From NCBI GenBank assembly GCA_018334075.1, contig JAGXSC010000007.1, forward strand, positions 364-64,363: 64,000 bases of DNA. The letters run 5' to 3'. The notes under the pieces are model-generated. The model ran no database searches and was not told the DNA's origin. It saw only the letters and a list, made by a program, of their open reading frames with translations. Numbering within the stretch: the first letter of the stretch is position 1; each line of letters begins with the position of its first letter. Source of the stretch: Actinomycetota bacterium (lineage in GTDB: Bacteria; Actinomycetota; Coriobacteriia; Anaerosomatales; UBA912). Both the position numbers and the translations under genes were made by a program. This document shows positions 56,602 to 64,000 of the stretch, one piece after another.

Positions 56602-57415
56602 GAGACACCACCTCCTTAGCTAGAGATCTGTACGCTTCGGCGCCCTTACCCGACGGGTCATATTGTGTAATCGGCAGGCCAAAACTCGGGGCCTCAGACA
56701 ATCTAACTGTTCTTGGGATCAGGGTCTCAAATACCTTACCGTCGAAGTGTTGTCTAACTTCATCTACTACCTGCTGGGAAAGTCTCGTCCGAGAATCGTA
56801 CATAGTCATGACCACACCAAATATCTCGAGATTAGCGTTTAGGTGTGTTTTTACGAGTCGCACGCTATCCATAAGCTTGGCAAGACCCTCGAGGGCATAA
56901 TACTCACACTGTATCGGAATTATCAGTCCTGTAGCAGCCGTCAAGGCATTGACAGTCAGTAATCCTAGCGACGGAGGGCAATCAATAATGACAAAGTCAA
57001 ATGATGAAATAGCTGGTGCAAGGATGTTCCTCAGACGATTCTCGCGGCTGAGCGCTGAAACCAGCTCGATTTCAGCTCCAGCTAGCTGTATCGTCGCAGG
57101 CACTACGAACACATGTTCGTTTTGCGTCGACTCTATTATATCTTCAAGCGCCGTATCGCCAAGGAGCACGTCATAGACGCACTTCTGGCGCTGACCATTG
57201 CTCATCCCAAACCCAGATGTAGCATTCGCCTGAGGATCCAGGTCTATAAGAAGCGTGCGCTTCCCATTTTCCCCGAGGCAGGCTGCCAGGTTCACCGCTG
57301 TCGTGCTCTTCCCCACGCCCCCCTTTTGATTTACCACAGCCAAAACTAGCTGCAGGGGGGAGCCCTCTATTCTTTGAGTTGAAACCACTTCTTCACCTAC
57401 CATCTCATGAGACAC
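56591..57415 (-). CDS. parA: ParA/Soj partition ATPase
   Basis: Deviant Walker A NQKGGVGKSTTA, DLDPQ, IDCPPSLG. Confidence 0.9.
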   Translation of the reverse strand: MSHEMVGEEVVSTQRIEGSPLQLVLAVVNQKGGVGKSTTAVNLAACLGENGKRTLLIDLDPQANATSGFGMSNGQRQKCVYDVLLGDTALEDIIESTQNEHVFVVPATIQLAGAEIELVSALSRENRLRNILAPAISSFDFVIIDCPPSLGLLTVNALTAATGLIIPIQCEYYALEGLAKLMDSVRLVKTHLNANLEIFGVVMTMYDSRTRLSQQVVDEVRQHFDGKVFETLIPRTVRLSEAPSFGLPITQYDPSGKGAEAYRSLAKEVVSRVE

Positions 57416-57462
57416 TCAAGCCCCCTGAGAATACAATATTCTGTGTCGAACTCAAAGGAATT

Positions 57463-58200
57463 TTACCTACCAAGTGGCCTGGTTTGGGCCCTCCCCGACC
57501 GCCTGGGTAAAGGAATTGAGGGCGGACCTACCTTTTTAAATATCCATATCTCACGGCACTCAGAACCCAGGGGCAGCGTGTAAGCATGTCTACTCTGAAA
57601 CGACATTCCGCACTGAGGCGCGGCCCGCATTGCCTCGTCAATCTCTGCACTTTGAGTTCTACCCTTCATTGCATACAACTCACCGCCTTCCACCAGTAGT
57701 GGGGCCGATAGCTCAACGAGTGCCACCAAAGCTGCTACAGCCCTGGCGGTTACGATCTCCATACCGCCGGCAATGTCGCAGGCCTCTTCGGCTCTTAGGT
57801 TGAGTGCCACAGCACGCGACAAGTCAAGTCTTTGGATCTCCTGAGTAAGAAAGCGATGTTTCTTGTTGTTGGACTCCAACATCGTTACATCCAGCCAGGG
57901 GCAAGCTATCGCAATTGCCATCCCCGGATACCCTGCGCCCGAACCAATGTCCATGAGCCGATTTTGGTAATTTTTGATATATGGAACTACGCATAGCGAG
58001 TCTACGATGTGCAATCGTATTGCATCCCGCGGCTCAGTTATTGCGGTCAAATTAGTCCTGCTGTTGTGTTTCAATACTGCACCAAGGTGGGAGAGCAGAT
58101 CGCTTTCCTGCGAGGGCTCCAGCTGGAGGCCTATAGCCGATATGCACTCACGGAGATAATCTGTGTCGGAGGAAGCTTGCTGATGTTTCACGTGAAACAT
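57463..58200 (-). CDS. rsmG: 16S rRNA (guanine527-N7)-methyltransferase RsmG/GidB
   Basis: NLT.I....................DIGSGAGYPG SAM motif. N-terminus MFHVKH, encoded by parS. Confidence 0.9.
   Translation of the reverse strand: MFHVKHQQASSDTDYLRECISAIGLQLEPSQESDLLSHLGAVLKHNSRTNLTAITEPRDAIRLHIVDSLCVVPYIKNYQNRLMDIGSGAGYPGMAIAIACPWLDVTMLESNNKKHRFLTQEIQRLDLSRAVALNLRAEEACDIAGGMEIVTARAVAALVALVELSAPLLVEGGELYAMKGRTQSAEIDEAMRAAPQCGMSFQSRHAYTLPLGSECREIWIFKKVGPPSIPLPRRSGRAQTRPLGR
58184..58199. other. parS centromere site, a perfect TGTTTCACGTGAAACA
   Basis: Exact 16-bp palindrome matching the Gram-positive parS consensus. It overlaps codons 1-6 of rsmG. Confidence 0.9.
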
Positions 58201-58267
58201 TCTCCTAAAGCCTTACTGTTGTCTGATATCCAAGGATACATGATTTTTGGCAAAACTACTTAAAGCA

Positions 58268-58293
58268 GCAAGGGCGCCCACGGGCGCCCTTGC
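58268..58293 (-). terminator. Hairpin terminator after jag
   Basis: GCAAGGGCGCC-cacg-GGCGCCCTTGC: an 11-bp perfect stem, 22 nt downstream of the jag stop, with a T-containing tail on the minus strand. Confidence 0.6.
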
Positions 58294-58314
58294 TGGTATT
58301 CGTCTAGCTACTTA

Positions 58315-59052
58315 CTATTTGTTTATAACCGAAACACACCTGTTCGGCTCCTGGCCCTCACTTACCGTAACAACACGCCTGTCGTCCTTTAGTACAAGAT
58401 GAACTATTCTTCGCTCATAGCTCGACATTGGGCGCAGTCTCACCGTTCCCCGTGACTTTACCGCTTTTTCTGCAGCACGCCTGGCAATGGACTCAAGCTT
58501 TTCCCGAAGCCTGTTCCTATAACCCTCAACATCAACCACCACAGCATGGCGAAAGCCCAGCTTTTGATTGGTTGCCGCTCCAACAAGAACCTGCAGAGCC
58601 TCGAGTGTTCTTCCATGTCTGCCGATTAGTATTCCCAGATCATCGCCCACGATATCCAAAATTATCTCGCCATCATCACCTTCGTACTCATCAATCTCCG
58701 CCGCTATTCCGAAGCCGCTCAAAATTCCCTGAATGATTGCCACGGCCTCGTCAGCTACCTTATCCAGATCTTCCGCAGAAAGCCCGTTTTCGGATAAAGG
58801 GGTGGTGGTTTCCCCGTCTGCGCCGACGACAATCTCCCGTACGGCCGCTCTGGCCTCCTCGATCTCCCGATAAAAAGACTCCTTGATCCAGACTCGCACC
58901 TTACTCGGTCCAGCAGTGCCAATGGCAAACCCTTCGTCGGATCCCCCGACTACCTCGAATTGAACAGCATCCTGCTGTACCCCCAGAGACTCAAGGGCAA
59001 TTTCCAGCGCCGCGTCTACCGATGAACCCTCGGTTATAATCTCTCTTTTCAT
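58315..59052 (-). CDS. jag: Jag/KhpB RNA-binding protein (Jag_N, KH, R3H)
   Basis: Jag_N-like start (GSSVDAALEIALESLGV), a KH-like core, and R3H (MSSYERRIVH). Overlaps the yidC stop. Confidence 0.85.
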   Translation of the reverse strand: MKREIITEGSSVDAALEIALESLGVQQDAVQFEVVGGSDEGFAIGTAGPSKVRVWIKESFYREIEEARAAVREIVVGADGETTTPLSENGLSAEDLDKVADEAVAIIQGILSGFGIAAEIDEYEGDDGEIILDIVGDDLGILIGRHGRTLEALQVLVGAATNQKLGFRHAVVVDVEGYRNRLREKLESIARRAAEKAVKSRGTVRLRPMSSYERRIVHLVLKDDRRVVTVSEGQEPNRCVSVINK

Positions 59053-59768
59053 AAATTTTTCTCCTTTGAGCGTGTAAGGACCTTAAGGGTAATCTGCTGC
59101 TGGGCAATTCCTATAATTGCTGAAGTCACCCAGTATAGAAGTACACCGGCAGGGCTTATCCAGCCAAAGTACAGCATCATTACAGCCATAAACATTCCTA
59201 TTTGCTTTTGCTGTTTTTCTCCTGGAGCAAGCTGTATGGGGAGCCAAACACTCAGACCGAAGAGCACTACCAGGGCTATGTAGGGGAGAGTGGCGACAAG
59301 GCCATCACTAGCAAACACTGCTGCTGGCGTGACTGTTATATCCTCAATTAGTACCGAAAACCTCTTGGCGACGACGCTTTCGGCAGGCTCAAGTGCCTGA
59401 AGATGCCTGAGCAAATGCCCTGGGTTTTCTGGGGTGCCTCCCAAAACCTGAAAAAGCGCAAGGAAAACCGGCATCTGCAGAAGTATCGGCATACATCCGC
59501 CGAAGGGATTGATTTTGTTCTCTTGGTAGAACTTTAGAGTTTCTTCTTGTAGCTTTTCCTTATCGTTCTTGTACTTTTTCTGCAGTTCTTTGATCTTGGG
59601 TTGAATTCCTTGTAGCTCATGCATAGATCGGGTTTGTTTGACGATGAGTGGTGCAAGGACGATTCTTATAACAACGGTCAGCAGAACAATTGCCCACCCA
59701 TAATCACCAGTAATAGAAAATAGATACTGTAACCCATCAAAAATAATATCTTTAAATGCTAGCCACAC
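59049..59768 (-). CDS. yidC: Membrane protein insertase YidC (short Gram-positive type)
   Basis: GWAIVLLTVVIR....PL..KQ, a KYK..K.KLQEE loop, NP..GCLP.L.Q.P.F. Confidence 0.9.
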   Translation of the reverse strand: MWLAFKDIIFDGLQYLFSITGDYGWAIVLLTVVIRIVLAPLIVKQTRSMHELQGIQPKIKELQKKYKNDKEKLQEETLKFYQENKINPFGGCMPILLQMPVFLALFQVLGGTPENPGHLLRHLQALEPAESVVAKRFSVLIEDITVTPAAVFASDGLVATLPYIALVVLFGLSVWLPIQLAPGEKQQKQIGMFMAVMMLYFGWISPAGVLLYWVTSAIIGIAQQQITLKVLTRSKEKNL

Positions 59769-59833
59769 TTTTATGTAACCTCCAAACTTGGTCCACGCAG
59801 CGACAGATGCCTCGTGCCACTACGACTTCTATG

Positions 59834-60052
59834 TCATGGTACAGGATCATGTCCGCCTGGATTCCAAGGATGGCACCTACTGATCCTCTTAATAGCCATC
59901 CACAAGCCCGATAAAGCTCCATACCGCTCGATTGCCGTCATCGCATATGAGGAACAGGTGGGATAAAAGCGGCAGGTTGGCGGAAGCAGGGGGGATATGA
60001 GTCTTTGATAAACAATTATGACCACGATAAAAAGTGTTCGCAAGGCTATCAC
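59834..60052 (-). CDS. yidD: Membrane protein insertion efficiency factor YidD
   Basis: YQ..ISP......CRF.PTCS.Y....I...G...G.......RI.RCHP signature. Confidence 0.9.
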   Translation of the reverse strand: MIALRTLFIVVIIVYQRLISPLLPPTCRFYPTCSSYAMTAIERYGALSGLWMAIKRISRCHPWNPGGHDPVP

Positions 60053-60378
60053 CGTATCAGTCGCGCATTACGCAATAAGCCGGAAAGTTCAGCCGTCGCC
60101 CTATGGGCACCAATTTTTTTAAGCGGTTGCCTGGCAATTACGGCAACCTGGCACCCTTCCCATGGCCCCCCAGCCATACGCACGCTCTCGCGGAGCACGC
60201 GCTTCAATCGGTTCCGGGTCACAGCTCCACCTAACTTCTTGCCAGCAACTATCAGCACTCGCGATCCGTTTGTTTTGCTTGGAGCAACCAAAAGGACAAG
60301 GTACGGATTGGCGTAGCGCCTCCCGTTTCTGAATAACTCATCAATCTGGTTCGACGAGATAATAGACCTCAGCACCAT
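60049..60378 (-). CDS. rnpA: Ribonuclease P protein component
   Basis: Basic 109-aa protein with the RNR-like motif ([14 protein letters not shown]). Position is rpmH-rnpA-yidD. Confidence 0.85.
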   Translation of the reverse strand: MVLRSIISSNQIDELFRNGRRYANPYLVLLVAPSKTNGSRVLIVAGKKLGGAVTRNRLKRVLRESVRMAGGPWEGCQVAVIARQPLKKIGAHRATAELSGLLRNARLIR

Positions 60379-60405
60379 GCCTCCAAGGTGCTGTTATAAG
60401 ACAAG

Positions 60406-60540
60406 TTATGCGCTAAGGACCTTCCGCCCTTTGCGCCGACGAGCCGCAAGAATGGCTCTGCCAGCCCTTGTGGACATCCTTGCCCTAAAACCATGCGTCT
60501 TGCTTCGCTTACGCTGGTTTGGTTGATATGTGCGTTTCAA
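60406..60540 (-). CDS. rpmH: 50S ribosomal protein L34 (TTG start; below the ORF-track cutoff)
   Basis: Translates to (M)[52 protein letters not shown] lies upstream. Confidence 0.9.
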   Translation of the reverse strand: MKRTYQPNQRKRSKTHGFRARMSTRAGRAILAARRRKGRKVLSA

Positions 60541-60616
60541 CTGCGGTTTCCTCCATTCAGTGCCCAATCAAAGGGCAACAAGCCGTGACATTCTATATTT
60601 GCTTAGGCTCCGCTGT

Positions 60617-61095
60617 CAATCCACAAAGGCTCGGAGCTGAGCTTGCGAGCTTATTTCATTTCCTTCCGAAAAGAGGGAATGGCCCGTAGCGTATTTTTTT
60701 CATTTTCTGTGGATACTGTGGAAAACGCAGGATTTATGCTCATCGACATTGTGGATAACGATTCTCGACACCTTTTTGCCCTGTGCCCGTTTGCTAGAAT
60801 CCGCTCAGCACAGATTTACCGGTTAAACGTTTGGTTGCGCCTTGAAACCGCCCGATATGCGCGTTAGAAAATGATGACAGTTGCCCAAAACATTGCTTTC
60901 CGCAACTTTTCCACAGGCATTCTTTTTTTGCCTCTCTGAAAACCATTCTATCCACAGCCTTTTCGGCTACCTCGACGGGTTTTCCATTCTTTGACGGAAG
61001 CCCTATTTCTTTCGGCGACCGATTCCCGTAGGTTGGAGGTCATCTTTTCCCTCTCCTTCAACATGCCGCCACCGATTTTCCACAGATGTGGAAGG
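60617..61095. other. oriC part 1: the DnaA-box cluster upstream of dnaA
   Basis: 9-mers matching TTATCCACA or its complement: 60617-25 CAATCCACA, 60708-16 TGTGGATAC, 60717-25 TGTGGAAAA, 60750-58 TGTGGATAA (perfect), 60907-15 TTTTCCACA, 60948-56 CTATCCACA, 61076-84 TTTTCCACA, 61087-95 TGTGGAAGG. Confidence 0.8.
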
Positions 61096-61221
61096 GTTGT
61101 TGAAAACTACGGAAAATTAGGCGCACTGTGGCGACCTGAAGGGCTTCCATTCTAGTGCCGTTTTTAGTTTGGGCGCGGTTTTATTCATTATTGATGTCAG
61201 AACTACTGGAGGAGACGGGTC

Positions 61222-62088
61222 TTGCGTACGTTTTTCCCTAGCGGCTCGGAGGGCTTGAAACACCTGGAAACGCCGGCCTTGATCGACTACCCACACAAGC
61301 ACTTGTCCGATGACTCAGTAGCTTTGCAGGGTTTAGTGGCCGTTTACGGCTCTGTCGGCTCTGGCCCAACCATAGAAAAAATCGGGGGCCGCAACCCCTC
61401 ATCTTTTATTGAAACCCTCAGCTCGGCAGTATATTCAACTGCGAGGAACCTGGGAGGCCCGATTCCATATATCGCTATTCGTGAGGTTGTGGAAAACCTG
61501 ATACATGCTAACTTCGCGGAAGTAGTAGTATCAATACTCGATGCGGGCTGCACCCTGCGCATCGCCGATCAGGGACCGGGCATCGATAACAAGGAGAAGG
61601 CCGTGGCTCCCGGATATACCACTGCTACCAAAACAATGAAGCAGTATATTCGTGGTGTCGGGTGCGGGCTCTCTCTTGCTGTTGACCTTCTGGCTCAAAA
61701 GCAGTGCCGCTTGCAAATCGATGACAATCTTACTGGAGGCACTGTTGTCACAATATATAGCTCACAACCAACAGCTGAGGTGCCATTGATTAAAGCTGAT
61801 AGTGAGCCGGTTTTACTGAGCACGCCAATGGATCTCGGGTCGAAGCTCTCATACGATCAAAAAACTGTCCCTAAACTTTCGACTCGTTATAAGAGGGTTC
61901 TTTCCCTTGTTTTTGAGTTTGGAGAAGTTGGACCCACTTTGATCTCACGGGAGCTGTCGATTGGCCTTTCAACGGCCTATAGAGACCTGTCCTCTCTGGA
62001 ACAGGCGGGCCTACTAACCACAAAAGAAAATGGAAAGAGGGCTCTTACCGATCTAGGCCTAAATTATATCAATCATCTTTTTACATGA
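61222..62088 (+). CDS. GHKL/Bergerat-fold ATPase fused to a C-terminal winged-helix-like domain, immediately upstream of dnaA
   Basis: N-box EVVENLIHAN, G1 DQGPGID, G2 GVGCGLS, then the wHTH-like segment YKRVLSLVFEFGEVGPTLISRELSIGLSTAYRDLSSLEQAGLL. TTG start with GGAGGAG 7 nt upstream. The stop lies 19 nt before the dnaA ATG. Confidence 0.7.
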   Translation: MRTFFPSGSEGLKHLETPALIDYPHKHLSDDSVALQGLVAVYGSVGSGPTIEKIGGRNPSSFIETLSSAVYSTARNLGGPIPYIAIREVVENLIHANFAEVVVSILDAGCTLRIADQGPGIDNKEKAVAPGYTTATKTMKQYIRGVGCGLSLAVDLLAQKQCRLQIDDNLTGGTVVTIYSSQPTAEVPLIKADSEPVLLSTPMDLGSKLSYDQKTVPKLSTRYKRVLSLVFEFGEVGPTLISRELSIGLSTAYRDLSSLEQAGLLTTKENGKRALTDLGLNYINHLFT

Positions 62089-62107
62089 GATAAAGGATCC
62101 AACAGAT

Positions 62108-63508
62108 ATGCCGCCTGAAGCAACAAATGAACAGCTCTTGGAGGTTTGGTCTTCGGTTCTCGAAGTAATCCGAGCCGAACTAAATAAACCAACTATTAAA
62201 ACCTGGTTTGAGCACACCGTTCCTCTAACCATGATTGATGGAGAGCTTGTCGTTGGAGTTCAAAACGAATTTGCTAAGGACTGGCTTGAATCCCGATACT
62301 CCGGCCTTCTGAGCGCTGCTCTTTTGAAGGTGATGGGCGCTCCCGCCTCTATAAGTTTTGTTGTCTCTGCAAGTAATAAGACCACTGTCCTTCCTTTTTT
62401 GGAGGAAGCAACCACCGAAATTACTACTGAAATTCCTAAACTAGAACGGCGCGTTCTTGAGCGCGAAAAGGTCGATTCATTTAATCCAAAATATTCATTC
62501 GACTCTTTTGTAATTGGAGCCTCTAATCGTTTTGCGCATGCAGCAGCCCTGGCTGTCGGGGAGGCTCCTGGGCGAGCATATAACCCTTTATTTATATACG
62601 GCGGTGTTGGTTTAGGGAAAACTCACCTGTTGCACGCTATTGCTCAGTATGTAAAACAAAGCTTTCCTCATATGAAAGTAAAATATGTCACTTCAGAACA
62701 GTTTACTAATGACTTTATCAATTCAATTGCAAACAGAGATAAAAAACGTATAGAAGGATTTAGGCGGCAATATCGAACTAATGATGTTTTATTAATTGAT
62801 GATATACAGTTTTTAAAAGGCAAGGAGGGAACACAGGAAGAGTTCTTTCATACCTTTAATGCTCTTCAGCAATCAGGAAAACAGGTTGTTTTATCCTCAG
62901 ATCGCCCTCCGCGAGAAATTGCAATGCTTGAAGAGCGCCTCAGAAGTCGCTTTGAAATGGGCTTAATTACTGATATTCAGCCACCTGATTTAGAAACAAG
63001 AATTGCAATATTAAAAAGGAAAATCGAAACCGAGAGACTCGATATTCCATATGAGGTTCTTTTATTTATAGCCGACAGAGTATCCTCAAATATCAGAGAG
63101 CTCGAGGGGGCTTTAATCAGGGTTATCGCTTACGGATCCCTAACAAGACAACCTGTCACTATTGAGATATCCAATAAAGTTCTAAAAGATATATTCCCTG
63201 AAAAAAAGATTAAACCTATCCCTATATCCTCCATACAAAAAGAAGTGTGTAAGTATTTCTCCGTAAGCCGTTCTGAATTAATTAGTAGTAAAAGATCTCA
63301 AAACATTGTCTACCCACGCCAAATAGCAATGTATCTGGCCCGTGAACTAACAGATATCTCGCTACCAAGGATTGGAAATGAATTTGGTGGCAGAGATCAC
63401 ACCACCGTAATGCACGCAACAGCAAAAATTCAAAAAATGATCACTGCAGAGAGAGAGGTATACAACCAAATACAAGAATTGACTAATATTATAAGACAAA
63501 ATAATTAA
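62108..63508 (+). CDS. dnaA: Chromosomal replication initiator DnaA
   Basis: Full-length DnaA: Walker A GGVGLGKTHL, LLIDDIQF, sensor motifs, and a domain IV DNA-binding helix (GGRDHTTVMHA). Confidence 0.97.
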   Translation: MPPEATNEQLLEVWSSVLEVIRAELNKPTIKTWFEHTVPLTMIDGELVVGVQNEFAKDWLESRYSGLLSAALLKVMGAPASISFVVSASNKTTVLPFLEEATTEITTEIPKLERRVLEREKVDSFNPKYSFDSFVIGASNRFAHAAALAVGEAPGRAYNPLFIYGGVGLGKTHLLHAIAQYVKQSFPHMKVKYVTSEQFTNDFINSIANRDKKRIEGFRRQYRTNDVLLIDDIQFLKGKEGTQEEFFHTFNALQQSGKQVVLSSDRPPREIAMLEERLRSRFEMGLITDIQPPDLETRIAILKRKIETERLDIPYEVLLFIADRVSSNIRELEGALIRVIAYGSLTRQPVTIEISNKVLKDIFPEKKIKPIPISSIQKEVCKYFSVSRSELISSKRSQNIVYPRQIAMYLARELTDISLPRIGNEFGGRDHTTVMHATAKIQKMITAEREVYNQIQELTNIIRQNN

Positions 63509-63750
63509 AAACGAATACTTATTCATAAATTATTCAAGAGTTGAATAACCTGTTCTTTTTCTGTGGATATAATCTAATTACTGTTGATAGATTACTGTGA
63601 GGAATTTACTTTTCAACACCCATTCACAGTCTTTTAGTTGCCCTACCCACAGGCGAAACACAGTAGATAACCTTTTGTAATAAGGGGTTTTCAACAGAAG
63701 AGAAGGTCACTATTACTACTGAACTTAAAAATTTAAGAAAGGATCAGTAA
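63509..63750. other. oriC part 2: AT-rich dnaA-dnaN spacer with DnaA boxes, the likely unwinding side
   Basis: TGTGGATAT at 63562-70, CTACCCACA at 63643-51, and weaker boxes, flanked by very AT-rich runs (63509-63560 and 63700-63745). Confidence 0.6.
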
Positions 63751-64000
63751 ATGAAGGTAACGGTTTCTCGTGAGGAATTAGTCTCTTCTTTGGACTACGT
63801 AGCTAAGGGTCTGTCTTCAAGGTCGACCCTTCCGATCTTAGCCGGCCTTTGTATACATGCTGAAAAAAATGGCGAGATTTTTATTTCGTCAACAGACTTA
63901 GAGTTATCGGTAAAGTGTTCTTTTGCCGGGTTGGTAGAAGAGGGGGGGACTATAGTTGTCCCCGGTAGATTATTTATCAACATCATTAAAAACTTACCAA
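63751..64000 (+). CDS. dnaN: DNA polymerase III beta sliding clamp, N-terminal part. The gene runs off the 3' edge of the window.
   Basis: MKVTVSREELVSSLDYVAKGLSSRSTLPILAGLCIHAEKNG... is a typical DnaN N-terminus. AAAGGA lies before the ATG. Confidence 0.9.
   Translation, partial: MKVTVSREELVSSLDYVAKGLSSRSTLPILAGLCIHAEKNGEIFISSTDLELSVKCSFAGLVEEGGTIVVPGRLFINIIKNLP

Noticed and set aside
60643-60867. 74-aa ORF (+), and the 61117-61302 ORF (-), inside the rpmH-dnaA interval.
   Set aside because: They overlap the DnaA-box cluster, have no Shine-Dalgarno sequence, and show no family resemblance. The region is better explained as oriC DNA.

Overview
Origin-proximal chromosomal segment of a high-GC anaerobic Gram-positive-type bacterium. 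The lineage is an inference. A PafBC-like WYL pair, a DUF5679-type mini zinc ribbon and a 6C-like RNA point to Actinomycetota, perhaps Coriobacteriia-like, while CWB2 repeats and a yybS-like gene are more Firmicutes-like.

The right end is the replication origin. rpmH-rnpA-yidD-yidC-jag-rsmG-parA-parB lie on the minus strand, DnaA-box clusters sit on both sides of dnaA, and dnaN starts before the window ends. A perfect parS lies in the first codons of rsmG. Unusually, a GHKL-ATPase/winged-helix gene sits between the upstream DnaA-box cluster and dnaA, with only a 19-nt gap.

The rest of the window contains:
- a partial CWB2 wall protein and a small glycan-modification group (EamA, sugar transferase, DegT)
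- a complete TPP-riboswitch-controlled thiFSGHECD operon
- a fused MFS/spermidine-synthase-like gene coupled to a Tat-signal radical SAM gene
- an ABC importer with two binding proteins plus cysK
- a HupE-like / anchored-protein / Fur-family / multihaem-cytochrome cluster, in which two genes are disrupted (a perfect 49-bp tandem duplication and a 1-nt frame problem)
- purA, dnaB and the rpsF-ssb-rpsR-rplI block, tRNA-Gly(CCC), and two RCK/TrkA genes
- a GGDEF protein, a split CcmF/CcsA-like pair, and hcp-ferredoxin with a divergent Crp/Fnr regulator and an FNR-type box
- a 6C-like sRNA upstream of a PafBC-like pair, which is convergent with a DnaQ-DinG helicase
- feoAB with a coupled Cys-rich mini-ORF
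- a sensor kinase, ddl, htrA, reverse rubrerythrin and rlmN

I saw no CRISPR array, transposase, integrase or rRNA. Three credible genes fall below the 60-aa cutoff of the ORF track: rpmH, the DUF5679-like gene and the feoB-coupled Cys-rich ORF. All family calls come from motif recognition by eye; no database search was run.
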